The position numbers and the translations under genes are program-made. Positions 48,941 to 59,486 of a DNA stretch of 64,000 nt are shown here, in pieces (positions within the stretch are counted from its first letter, which is position 1; every line of letters begins with the position of its first letter). The notes beneath the pieces were generated by a model, which was not told where the DNA came from, made no database searches, and was given only the letters and a program-made list of their open reading frames with translations. The stretch is from Methanotrichaceae archaeon (GTDB taxonomy: Archaea > Halobacteriota > Methanosarcinia > Methanotrichales > Methanotrichaceae), in NCBI GenBank assembly GCA_963803145.1, contig CAWDLW010000020.1, positions 128,001 through 192,000 of the forward strand, written 5' to 3'.

Positions 48941-51900
48941 TGCTCCTCAAGCTTAGTCTTTTTTCTCAAGCGAAAAGGAATTCAAAGGCTTTAGGGTTAT
49001 TACTAGTTATCATATGTCTCTTATCGATCGGTCAAGCGAATGCAACATGTTCTGTTTCGACTGATAAGTCTCAATATAACCTAGGAGAAACTGTAACATT
49101 TCAATTCTCCGTAGATTGTGATTGTACTGCCAGTCTGGCGATTGTTTTGCCAGATGGTAGCGGCGGTGTCTTTTATTCTGAGGACGTTACTGCTGGCACA
49201 CATCAAACATCTGGCACGGCCTCAGAACCATGCGGAACACACACGGTGATTTTAAAGGTATCGTGCAACGGAGGGGTTCCAAATAAACCCAAACCTAACT
49301 ACTATCTCGCTGATTCTAGCAGTTCGAACTCATGCGAAGCAGAGTGTACCTATGATGTAATTTGTCCTCAACCATCCGGATGCACAGAGACCTATCGATG
49401 CAATAATAACGTTGCCGAAAGGCTATGTTATCAGAACGGAAACCAATATTGGCAAGTCTCTGATGACTGTAACGCCTACAGCCCCCAGCGACAATGCGTT
49501 AATGGTAACTGCGTAGATGTTACTCCGCCCCAACCATCCTGTAATCAACAGGCTTGCCAAAGCAAAAGTGGCCCTATTGACCAGCCTTATATTAGAGATG
49601 GCAAAATGTACCAGAGGTACAGGGAGTGCAACTGTGTTGGAGGCAATTGTCAGTGCAGCCAAGTTGAAAAGGAGGTGCCCTGTACAGGCATAATCTCCGG
49701 CAAAGTAACAGATTCTTCAAGTGGCACGCCGATATCTGGCGCATCGATTGTTATTGGTAGTTGGTCCGGTACAACTAATGCCAACGGTGCATTCAGTAGT
49801 TACCAGGCATTCTGTCCGTCTACAACTTATGTGCTAACATGTTCGGCTCAGGGTTACGTGCCCATCAGCCAGGATGTAGTAACTGACGGAAACGGAAATG
49901 CATACGTTCCTCTAACCCTTCAGCTGTCGTGCTCAGGCACAATCTCTGGTCATGTCTCCGATATCAATACTAAGTCTCCAATCCCTGGAGCAACATTATT
50001 AATCTGTCCAAGCGGAGGCGACTGCTGGTCTCCTCCACCTGTAGATTCAACAGGACTTTATAGCTCAGGCGGAAAGGCTTGTCCTTCAACTACCTATGAT
50101 GTAACCTGCTCTGTAGAAGGCTATAAGTCATCCACCCAAACTGTAACTACGGATAATAAAGGGAATGCATGGCAGGATTTCAAACTAGAGCCCAATTGTC
50201 AAGGCGAGATCTCTGGGCACGTTTCCGATTTTGAAAATAAATCTCCTATAATAGGCGCAACCTTATTGATATGCAAGAAAGGTGGAGATTGCTGGTCTCC
50301 TGCACCGGTAGATTCAACGGGGTTATACAGCTCAGGGAAGCAGGTATGTCCCTCGACCAGCTATGATCTAACTTGCTCTGCAGAAGGCTACAATTCTTCT
50401 ACCTTATCCGTAACCACTGATGATAAGGGAAACGCATGGCAAGACTTCAAATTGAAGCGCAATTGTCAGGGCATATTATCCGGCAAGGTACTCAATTCAA
50501 TCACCAATGAACCAGTCCAAGGCGCTAATCTGCTAATCTGCCAGAATGGGAAGTGTTTTGATCCAGTTATCACCGATTCTTCAGGCCAATACACCTTGAG
50601 CGGACTATGTCCATTGACCGATTATGAGATAACCTGCTCCGCTGAAGGTTACAAGACTTATGAGAATACGGGTACAACAAAAGATGATGGAAACTCACTG
50701 CATGAGATCCTCTTAGAGCCTGATTGCCAGGGTACGATTTCCGGCAAGGTGCTTGATGCTACTACCAAAGCCACTATCCAGGGGGCTAATCTACTAGTTT
50801 GCACGAACGGAAAGTGCATGGACCCGGTTATTACTGATTCAGAGGGTCAGTTTAGCTTGAGCAAGGTTTGTCCTTCGATAAGCTACGATATAACCTGTTC
50901 TGCATCTGGTTACATAACTTATCAGAGCACAAACACCACAGATGATAAAGGCAACTCGCTCCATGAAATCCTACTTGAGCCTGAATGCAAAGGCGCGATT
51001 TCCGGCAAAGTTCTAGATGGTCTAACCAATAATCCCGTTCAGGGAGCAAGCATAACGATTTGTCATAGTGGAAAATGCTCCGATCCAGTAACTACCGATT
51101 CAGCAGGCCAATATAGCTTCAATAAAGGTTGTCCATCGAGCGATTATGAGATAACCTGTTCTGCTTCAGGCTATCAAACATACAAGAATACAGGCAAGAC
51201 TGATGAAAAAGGAAATTCATTACATGAAATTCTTCTGGAGAGAGAGCTAACAATTAAAGTCTGGACCGATAAAACGGAATACAAAGCAGGCGAAGAAGTA
51301 ACTATCCATTACGAGACCAGCATTGAGAGCGCTGGTCGCAGGATATCCATTACTTCTACAGGGTCCCAGACACCTCCATTCAATCAGGTATTTGGGGAAA
51401 ATACATTCGCAAAGGAAAAGAGCGGAACTAGAAAGTTCACCCCAAATAAGGCTGGAACATACGAGATAAAGCTTGAAGCTTGGACGGATAACGATAAAAA
51501 AGAAGATCAATGCACGATTACCGTATGCGGTGGAACCATATCCGGCAAAGTATTGAACTCGCTTACCAACAAGCCAGTCCAAGGAGCAACGATAGCAATA
51601 TGCATAAATGGAAATTGCTCAAAGCCGATTGTTACCGATGCCTCAGGACAATATAGTTCGAACGGATTCTGTCCCGCAATCAATTACGACATAACATGCT
51701 CTGCAAGCGGCTACCAAACTTACAAGGGATCGAGCTATACAGATGAGAGTGGAAATTCTCTGCATGAAATCCTGTTAGAGCCTGAATGCAAAGGCACTAT
51801 TTCGGGCAAGGTCCTGAACTCACATACTAATAAGCCTGTTCAAGGTGCTACTATCACCTTCTGCGTTAACGATAAATGCCTAGATCCAGTAACAACTGAT

Positions 51901-54900
51901 TCAGCAGGCCAGTATAGCAAGAACGGCTGTCCTTCAACAAGTTACAATGTGACCTGCTCAGCCCCAGGCTACAAGGACAATCAGGGAGTGACTAATACCG
52001 ATGGGAATGGAAATGCAGTCTATGAGATCCAGCTTGAACCAGAATGCAAGGGTACTATATCCGGCAAGGTCCTCAACTCTTTGACTAATAATCCCGTTCA
52101 GGGGGCTAAGATAACAATTTGCCAGGATGTATATAATAAATGTTCAGATCCAGTGATTACCGACTCTTCAGGTCAGTTCGTTTACTCAAAAGGCTGTTCT
52201 GTAATGGGCTATAAGATAACCTGCTCTGCAGACGGCTATAAGACCTATCAGGACTCGAGCAATACAGACGATGACGGGAATTCTCTACACGAAATTCTCT
52301 TGGAGCCTGAAGGCCAAGGGGCAATATCGGGCAAGGTCCTGAACTCACTTACCAATAAGCTTGTCAAGGGTGCAACTGTCACTATCTGCGTGAATGGAAA
52401 GTGCTTGGACCCTGTAACAACCGATTCGGCTGGCCAATACAGCAAAAAAGGTTACCCATCTATTGATTATGAGATAACTTGTTCTGCCTCGGGTTATCAG
52501 AACTATACTAACACTGGCAAGACAGACGAGAAAGGAAACTCTCTACATGAGATTCTCTTAGAACCAAATTGCCAGGGTACAATTTCAGGTAAAGTTCTCA
52601 ACAGCCGGACAAATAAACCCGTTCAGGGAGCGAGCGTTAAAATTTGTCAGAGCAGCAGATGCTCAGATCCCATAACTACTGATGAAGCTGGCCAATACAG
52701 CATGAATAAGGGTTATCCTTCGGTCGATTATAATATAACCTGCACAGCTCAGGGTTACATAACATATCAAAAGACTGGCGTAACTGACGATAAGGGTAAC
52801 TCATTGCATGAGATTCTGCTTGAACCCAATTGCAATGGCATGATCTCAGGAAAAGTGATTAATGGGCTCACAAATAAACCAATTCAAGGAGCTAGCGTCA
52901 AGATTTGTCAATATGGAAAATGTTCAGACCCGGTTATTACCGGTTCTTCAGGTCAATATAGCTTTAATAAGGGTTGCCCATCCATAAGCTACAATATAAC
53001 CTGCTTAGCTAAAGGCTATAAGGATTATAGTGATACAGGCATTACAGATGATAGCGGAAATTCTTTAAACGAGATACTGCTTGAGCCTGATTGCTCAGGC
53101 AAGATATCTGGTAAAGTTCTCGATGGCCTGACAAACAAACCTATTCAGGGTGCAAGCATCAAGGTATGTCAGAGCGGCAGATGCTCAGATCCTGTTACTA
53201 CCGATTCAGCAGGCCAGTATAGTTTGAATAAGGGTTGTCCTTCCATCGATTATAATATAACTTGTACGGCTCAGGGCTATGAGACTGTTACAGAGCCAGG
53301 AAACACGGACGAAAAGGGCAATTCACCTCATGATTTCCTCCTCGAACCAATTTGTGACGGCACTATATCTGGTAAAGTGCTGGATGGCCAGACCAACTTG
53401 CCGGTTCAAAGCGCAAGTATTAAAATTTGTCAGCACGGAAGGTGCTCTGATCCAGTCATTACCGACTCTTCAGGCCAGTATAGCTTTAATAAAGGTTGTC
53501 CTTCGATCGACTATAATATTACATGTACAGCTCAGGGCTATGAGACTGTTACAGAGTCAGGAAACACAGACAATAAGGGTAACTCGCCTCATGATTTCTT
53601 ATTAGAACCTAGTTTAGCGCTTAAAATTTCGACCGATACAACAGAGTATAAAACAGGCGAAAATGTAATTATCCATTATGAGACGGGCGTTGAGAATGCC
53701 GGGCGAAGAATAACTGTCATGGAACAGGGAACAAAAACAACGCTATTCACTAAGACATTCGGCGAAAACGACTTTCAGAAAGAGAAGAGCGGAACCAGGA
53801 ATCTTACTATTGATAAACCTGGAACTTATATGGTTAAACTAGAAGCTTGGACCAGCAAAGAACACAAGGATGCCAGCTGCAAATTCAATGTCTCAGAGAA
53901 AGATCTAGCCCTCAAGATATGGACAGATAAAACAGAGTATAAAGTGGGCGATGAGGCGACCATTTACTATCAGACTGGTGCTGAGAATGCTGGTCGCCGA
54001 ATAATAGTTAGCTTAAATGGAACGCCTGTTACGACATTTGGAGAGAATAACTTCCCCAAGGAAGCAAACGGAACTAAGAAACTTACTTTGAATAAATCCG
54101 GGGCTTACACTGCCAAGCTGCAAGCATGGACCAGTAAGGAAAGCAAGGATGCAAGCTGTGAGTTCAATGTAGTTGAAAATAGGCAGCCAATCATAATCTC
54201 CATAAGCGCATCGCCTAAATCACCTCAGCAGCTATTTACCATTAAGACGATTGGCATAGTGCTAGTTCTAACTAAAGCGTCAGATCCTGATAATGACTCG
54301 TTGCAGTACAAGTTTGAGCTACGAAAGAAGGGCGAGGATTTCAAAGTAACACAGGATTTTAGCGCTATGCCATTATGGATATGGGAACCGCAAGATTCTG
54401 GAGAGTATGAGATTAGAGGAACGGTTACTGATGGTAAATCTGAAGTTAATCAGATAATAAATTATAGTATTATTAATAGGCCGCCGGTTTTCTGGATGAG
54501 CTTAGAGCCTCCAATTCAGGCTCAAGTCGGAACAAAAGTGAACTGTTCAGTAACAGCTTTTGACCTGGATAGTGATACAATCCAATTCAAATTCTGGCTA
54601 AAAGGTCCATCGACGAATAACCAGTGGCAGGCAAAGACTGACTGGATAAGCATACCTACTGATGGCTTTTTCAGCGATTATACATGGAACTGGATGCCAG
54701 GGCCTACAGATGTTGGGAAGAATGAGATAGACGTTTGGGTTAGAGATGGCAGCCATGCAGGCCCTGATGCATATGATGCGCATAATGTGTCTTCATATGA
54801 AATAGTAAATACGACAGGACCAAATGGTGCTCAATTTGAAATAACTTCGCTAAAAGCATTACCACAGTCTCCGCAGGAACTATTGAAATCGCCCAAAATA

Positions 54901-57408
54901 ATGTGTTCTATTCAAGCATCAAACCCTGGAAAGGATGCTCTGAGATACCAATTTGAATTGAAAAAGGAAGGTTCCGATTTCAAAGTTACCAGGGAATTTT
55001 CTGCTATGCCGATCTGGACCTGGGAGCCGAAAGAGGCAGGGAACTATGAGATTAAAGGTGTGGCTCAAAACAGCAAGGGACAGACGGCAGTCAAGGTAAT
55101 CGATTATTCCATTACTGGCAGCAAAGAGAATGAGATCAAGTTCAATGGCACATTGTATCGCAGCAATGCGCCAATGGGCTTTGCAGTTTATTACTTCAAA
55201 GTTGACAAGATTCTCGAAGGAGCCAATATCCCAGTAGGCGATCCCATTGGCGTGGACATATATGATGATTCGAAGCCGCTTGGCGAAAGAGGCCATGCTG
55301 ACTCACTCCGAGAAGGAGATAAGGCAGAGGTCTATGCCAGCATCGACACAGATAAAGGCAAGTGGAATGATGGATATGAGATAGCTTGGCTAGCGGGCAT
55401 AACCGGAGATAAGAAATATTACATTAATAAAATCGGATCTGGGAATGAACCTCCGAAGCTTCTCTTCTTGGAGCCGGATAAGCCCAGTCCGCAGAATCCC
55501 AATACGCAAATAACCTGGATGGCAAAGGCGGAAGATCCTGATAATGATATCATAAGTTACAGGTTTGAGCTAAAAGGACCATCCTCTCATGATTATAAGG
55601 TGGTCAAAGACTGGTCTCAGGAGAATACCTGGACCTGGAATGCAGGAAATGATGATACAGGCAATAATACCATTCGTGTCCAGGTAAAAGACGGCAAACA
55701 TGGAGACGTTGATGACGAGGCATATGCCAATTATACAATAGAACCCAAATTGGAAGATATCAGGTTCATTGGTACCTGCTATCGTAATCAAACGGTCATA
55801 GGGTTTAGGGCATATTACTTCAAAGCTGATAAGATCCTCGAAGGTCCAGACATTCCAAAAGATGACTTGATAGCCGTATATACATATGAGAGTAAGTATG
55901 CTCCCGATCACGGAGGCAGCTATGATGCCCTCGATCAAGGAGATCAAGCAGAAGTTTATGCTAGCATCGATACATCCAAAGGCAAGTATAACACTGGATT
56001 TGAGACGGCATGGCAATCTAGTATAGTGGAAGATAAGAGATATTACGTCAAGAAGATTACACCTGAGCTGGAAATAAATGTCTCGACCGATAAGCCAGAG
56101 TATGAAATTGGTGATGAAGTAAACATAAATTATGAGACGAACATTGAAAACGCTGGCCGAAGGATAACTGTTAGTTCTGTGCCTGGGACACAAACGCCTT
56201 CTTTCAGCAAAGAATTCAGTGAGAATGATTTAGCAAGCGAAAAGAGTGGAACCTGCAAGCTCGAAATGGATGAGCCTGGAATCTATGTTGTAAAACTAGA
56301 GGCGTGGATAGGCAATGAACATAAAGATGTTGAATGCAAATTCGTAGTAAATGAGCTAAAAATAGAAGTTTCCACAGATAAACAAGAGTATAACGTAGGT
56401 GAGGAAACAACTATTAATTATAATATTAATATAGGTGATGCTCATCGTCAAATTGTAGTAGACTCAATACCAGGGTCCCAAACCTCAGGTTTCTCTAAGA
56501 CTTTTACTGATGATACTTTTTCAAAGGATAAGAGTGGGGCTAAAAAGCTAATTTTGAATATTCCAGGAACATATGAAGTTAAATTTGATGCGTGGACCAC
56601 CAAACAAAATCTTGAAGAAATAATCGATTTCAATGTCGTTGGGAATGAAGGATCAAAACCGCCATCGCAATGGACCTACGAATTAACCAGAAACCAATAC
56701 TTCTCCAAAGTAAGGGGTGATATAATCGAGATTGAACCCCTAGAGTATAACGAAATCGATGATAAGCATGTAGCGGTAGATATCAAGGTTACAAACACTA
56801 GATCAACCAGATATAATGTGGAGACATATAAAGGTCCCTCTATAGGCGAGAATTTCTACGATAGAACGTTTACTCTCACGGAGTCTAATTCAGACACTGG
56901 TTCAAACGAAATAACTATTCGAGCTGTTCGAGGTCTAAAATGTAGCGATCCAAGACTATCAAACAATCCGAAACTATCAAATGCATACGTTGCCACGATA
57001 GACGTCAATGTTGATTATGGTACATATTTTTTGGAGCATGTAATTGGATTATTGGGAATGAAAGGAGTTAAGAGCTGCAAACCAACAACAGAAACGCTTG
57101 TGACGATAAAAGATGGAATAAAAAGCGAGTCATTCCCTAATGAACCCATGTCAGATGTTAGCTTACAAGATTGGGCCTTAAAATCTAAGGATTATTTTGT
57201 AAATCATCCCGATGTTCTCGTAAAAGCAGTTGGCGAATGTGGAGTTGATTATGCAGCGGGTCAGCTGTTAGATTTATTAACAGGAACTATTTATTCTAAA
57301 TTAACGGAGATAATCGCTTTAGTACAAAATGCGGTACAATCTTTCACAGAACCTTCAGAAGAGACTGTTACGATATATTTCTACAAGGGAGACCCAAAGT
57401 TGACGTAA
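48940..57408 (+). CDS. Giant secreted multi-repeat surface protein (~2,822 aa)
   Basis: Signal peptide; 14 carboxypeptidase-regulatory-like beta-sandwich repeats (G.ISG.V....T..P.QGA...C....TDS.GQY...Y.ITCSA.GY); 6 (S/W)TD..(E/Q)Y..G(E/D) domains; several PSPQ/DPDND Ig-like domains. TGATG coupling to the upstream gene. Confidence 0.9.
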   Translation: MLLKLSLFSQAKRNSKALGLLLVIICLLSIGQANATCSVSTDKSQYNLGETVTFQFSVDCDCTASLAIVLPDGSGGVFYSEDVTAGTHQTSGTASEPCGTHTVILKVSCNGGVPNKPKPNYYLADSSSSNSCEAECTYDVICPQPSGCTETYRCNNNVAERLCYQNGNQYWQVSDDCNAYSPQRQCVNGNCVDVTPPQPSCNQQACQSKSGPIDQPYIRDGKMYQRYRECNCVGGNCQCSQVEKEVPCTGIISGKVTDSSSGTPISGASIVIGSWSGTTNANGAFSSYQAFCPSTTYVLTCSAQGYVPISQDVVTDGNGNAYVPLTLQLSCSGTISGHVSDINTKSPIPGATLLICPSGGDCWSPPPVDSTGLYSSGGKACPSTTYDVTCSVEGYKSSTQTVTTDNKGNAWQDFKLEPNCQGEISGHVSDFENKSPIIGATLLICKKGGDCWSPAPVDSTGLYSSGKQVCPSTSYDLTCSAEGYNSSTLSVTTDDKGNAWQDFKLKRNCQGILSGKVLNSITNEPVQGANLLICQNGKCFDPVITDSSGQYTLSGLCPLTDYEITCSAEGYKTYENTGTTKDDGNSLHEILLEPDCQGTISGKVLDATTKATIQGANLLVCTNGKCMDPVITDSEGQFSLSKVCPSISYDITCSASGYITYQSTNTTDDKGNSLHEILLEPECKGAISGKVLDGLTNNPVQGASITICHSGKCSDPVTTDSAGQYSFNKGCPSSDYEITCSASGYQTYKNTGKTDEKGNSLHEILLERELTIKVWTDKTEYKAGEEVTIHYETSIESAGRRISITSTGSQTPPFNQVFGENTFAKEKSGTRKFTPNKAGTYEIKLEAWTDNDKKEDQCTITVCGGTISGKVLNSLTNKPVQGATIAICINGNCSKPIVTDASGQYSSNGFCPAINYDITCSASGYQTYKGSSYTDESGNSLHEILLEPECKGTISGKVLNSHTNKPVQGATITFCVNDKCLDPVTTDSAGQYSKNGCPSTSYNVTCSAPGYKDNQGVTNTDGNGNAVYEIQLEPECKGTISGKVLNSLTNNPVQGAKITICQDVYNKCSDPVITDSSGQFVYSKGCSVMGYKITCSADGYKTYQDSSNTDDDGNSLHEILLEPEGQGAISGKVLNSLTNKLVKGATVTICVNGKCLDPVTTDSAGQYSKKGYPSIDYEITCSASGYQNYTNTGKTDEKGNSLHEILLEPNCQGTISGKVLNSRTNKPVQGASVKICQSSRCSDPITTDEAGQYSMNKGYPSVDYNITCTAQGYITYQKTGVTDDKGNSLHEILLEPNCNGMISGKVINGLTNKPIQGASVKICQYGKCSDPVITGSSGQYSFNKGCPSISYNITCLAKGYKDYSDTGITDDSGNSLNEILLEPDCSGKISGKVLDGLTNKPIQGASIKVCQSGRCSDPVTTDSAGQYSLNKGCPSIDYNITCTAQGYETVTEPGNTDEKGNSPHDFLLEPICDGTISGKVLDGQTNLPVQSASIKICQHGRCSDPVITDSSGQYSFNKGCPSIDYNITCTAQGYETVTESGNTDNKGNSPHDFLLEPSLALKISTDTTEYKTGENVIIHYETGVENAGRRITVMEQGTKTTLFTKTFGENDFQKEKSGTRNLTIDKPGTYMVKLEAWTSKEHKDASCKFNVSEKDLALKIWTDKTEYKVGDEATIYYQTGAENAGRRIIVSLNGTPVTTFGENNFPKEANGTKKLTLNKSGAYTAKLQAWTSKESKDASCEFNVVENRQPIIISISASPKSPQQLFTIKTIGIVLVLTKASDPDNDSLQYKFELRKKGEDFKVTQDFSAMPLWIWEPQDSGEYEIRGTVTDGKSEVNQIINYSIINRPPVFWMSLEPPIQAQVGTKVNCSVTAFDLDSDTIQFKFWLKGPSTNNQWQAKTDWISIPTDGFFSDYTWNWMPGPTDVGKNEIDVWVRDGSHAGPDAYDAHNVSSYEIVNTTGPNGAQFEITSLKALPQSPQELLKSPKIMCSIQASNPGKDALRYQFELKKEGSDFKVTREFSAMPIWTWEPKEAGNYEIKGVAQNSKGQTAVKVIDYSITGSKENEIKFNGTLYRSNAPMGFAVYYFKVDKILEGANIPVGDPIGVDIYDDSKPLGERGHADSLREGDKAEVYASIDTDKGKWNDGYEIAWLAGITGDKKYYINKIGSGNEPPKLLFLEPDKPSPQNPNTQITWMAKAEDPDNDIISYRFELKGPSSHDYKVVKDWSQENTWTWNAGNDDTGNNTIRVQVKDGKHGDVDDEAYANYTIEPKLEDIRFIGTCYRNQTVIGFRAYYFKADKILEGPDIPKDDLIAVYTYESKYAPDHGGSYDALDQGDQAEVYASIDTSKGKYNTGFETAWQSSIVEDKRYYVKKITPELEINVSTDKPEYEIGDEVNINYETNIENAGRRITVSSVPGTQTPSFSKEFSENDLASEKSGTCKLEMDEPGIYVVKLEAWIGNEHKDVECKFVVNELKIEVSTDKQEYNVGEETTINYNINIGDAHRQIVVDSIPGSQTSGFSKTFTDDTFSKDKSGAKKLILNIPGTYEVKFDAWTTKQNLEEIIDFNVVGNEGSKPPSQWTYELTRNQYFSKVRGDIIEIEPLEYNEIDDKHVAVDIKVTNTRSTRYNVETYKGPSIGENFYDRTFTLTESNSDTGSNEITIRAVRGLKCSDPRLSNNPKLSNAYVATIDVNVDYGTYFLEHVIGLLGMKGVKSCKPTTETLVTIKDGIKSESFPNEPMSDVSLQDWALKSKDYFVNHPDVLVKAVGECGVDYAAGQLLDLLTGTIYSKLTEIIALVQNAVQSFTEPSEETVTIYFYKGDPKLT

Positions 57409-57469
57409 GTAAAAAAATTTGTAGAGTCTACTAAGGGCGTATTATACTACTGGCGAGAGGCGAGAGTGG

Positions 57470-58480
57470 ATGAGGCAGGACCTGAAAATGCTGATGGTTG
57501 TAGTATTGCTATTTTTTATCCGGGGAGTGACCGCAGAGGAAGTGCCAGATGGAACCATATATGGGCATGTCTATGATGCCGATACTAAGCAGCCGCTATC
57601 TCAGGCTTTTGTATACTGCCAGGATACCAATTGCCCTAAACAAACGACCGATAAAGATGGATATTATACCATTGCAGGGTGTTTTTCACCCTCTACTTCG
57701 TACATTATTAAGTGTACTAAGTTCGGCTATGAGTCATCCAGTAAGACGGTTGTAACAGATAAACAGGGAAAGGCTGAAGAATCTTTTTCTATTAAGAAAG
57801 CCACCGAAAAAGAAAATTCAATTAATGCGCAGTCATGGATCTCAAAAGGAGATGATTTAAACAATCAAGGCAATTATGAGGGTGCCGCTGAAGCCTATGC
57901 AAAGGCTATAGCGCTTAATCCTTCCTTAGAAAACGATCAATGGTTCAAAATAGGTTTTGCATTTCTGATGGCGAAAAAATATCAAGAGTCCATTGACGCC
58001 TACAACAAAGTATTGGAATCAGATCCATCAGATACAGAAGCATTGCTGTGGATAGGTATAGCCCTTCGCGATTCTGGCAAAAAAGACGAAGCTATAAAAT
58101 ATTTCGATAAAGTCATAAATGAAAATCCACATCATTCAAAGGCTTGGAACAATAAGGCAATATGTCTAATGGAGTTAGGAAATCAGGAAGAAGCAATCCA
58201 ATGCTATGATAGAGCTATCGAATACGCCGAGGATGATAGTGATGCTTCCGCTTATTCAGATAACAAAGGAAATGCTCTCTTTAAGATGGGAAGGCATGAA
58301 GAGGCACTTAAGGCGTATGATAAGGCCATTGAATTAGCTCCAAGATATGGAAATCCCCAGTTTGATAAAATTGTAGCGCTTAGAAAGCTTGGTCGAGAAG
58401 ATGAAGCTAACCAATTGCAAAATAAATATGGTTGCACTACAGAAGATTTAGAAATTTGGGAAAAGAATTGGGGATCTTAA
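57470..58480 (+). CDS. Secreted carboxypeptidase-regulatory-like domain plus TPR protein
   Basis: DGTIYGHVYDA.TKQPLSQA.VYCQ domain followed by ~5-6 TPRs. Confidence 0.88.
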   Translation: MRQDLKMLMVVVLLFFIRGVTAEEVPDGTIYGHVYDADTKQPLSQAFVYCQDTNCPKQTTDKDGYYTIAGCFSPSTSYIIKCTKFGYESSSKTVVTDKQGKAEESFSIKKATEKENSINAQSWISKGDDLNNQGNYEGAAEAYAKAIALNPSLENDQWFKIGFAFLMAKKYQESIDAYNKVLESDPSDTEALLWIGIALRDSGKKDEAIKYFDKVINENPHHSKAWNNKAICLMELGNQEEAIQCYDRAIEYAEDDSDASAYSDNKGNALFKMGRHEEALKAYDKAIELAPRYGNPQFDKIVALRKLGREDEANQLQNKYGCTTEDLEIWEKNWGS

Positions 58481-58537
58481 CTCCTATCATTTATTATGCT
58501 GAAGAGAGGTTTGTGAGTAGTTAGGGGTTGGAATAAG

Positions 58538-59311
58538 ATGAAATTAGGCGGAATTTCTTTAGTTATGCTACTTGTCATATGTGTCAATGGTGTAGTAATT
58601 GCTGAAGATGGCTCAACATCTGGAGGCTTAATCTATGGTCACGTCTACGATGCTGATACTAAGCAGCCGCTATCTCAGGCTTGGGTGTATTGCCAAGATA
58701 TTAAAACCCCAAAAGAGATAACTGATAGCCAGGGATATTATGCCATTAAAGGCGATTTCTTGCCTTCAAAGACCTATAATATCGAATGCACTAAGTAAGG
58801 CTATAAATCAACCCAAGTTAGCTCGACGACAGACGAAAACGGCAAAGCGAGGGCAGATATTTATTTGGAATCTAGTTCATCTAAAAGCGATGCTGGCGCA
58901 TCAGCTTCATTTACCTCATTACCATTGAATGTGACTCCATCAGCAAGCAGAACCCTGCCAATAAATATCACTGTACCGAATGATATCAACTTGCATCGAG
59001 ATAATAGTTACTCAATCTCAGGCAAAGTATTCGATCCCAATAGAAATGAAAATGTTGATGCTAATGATAATGGTCTTTCCGGCTGGTTGATTAATCTGGA
59101 GCAACCTGCAGGTATAGTTATCGCTAATGCTACAAGTAACGGTGCCGGGGATTATGCTTTCAGCGGCCTGAACCCAGGGATATACGTTATCTATGAGGTT
59201 CTCCCCACAGGCTGGGCTGCGGTTATGCCTGCTGATGGCAAATATACTGTAAATTTGACGGATAGTGACTTAACGGGTCTCAACTTTGCAAATAAAGAGA
59301 TATCCACTTGA
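58538..59311 (+). pseudogene. Secreted carboxypeptidase-regulatory-like plus SdrD-B-like domain protein, broken by one in-frame TAA
   Basis: Reads ...IECTK*GYKSTQVSSTTDENGKARADIYLESSSS..., continuous with ORF 58865. C-terminal SISGKVFD.N.N...D..D.GL.GW.INL...G.Y.F.GL.PG.Y...E...GW...LNFAN. Confidence 0.82.
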
Positions 59312-59486
59312 TTATTCAGCAACAGGTCTATCGCTGATTCAGTGAAGCCAAGGATAATTTGCAATACTTTCAGCTAGGATCTGTAATATTATATTTTAAT
59401 TATTATTTATAGATTGTAATAACTCTGCGTATTCTTTAGAAAGGATTAAGTGCCGAGCGCTGTTTATATGATCAGAGGCTGGGCTG

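Noticed and set aside
58796-58798. Pyrrolysine or selenocysteine readthrough
   Set aside because: The stop is TAA, not TAG or TGA.
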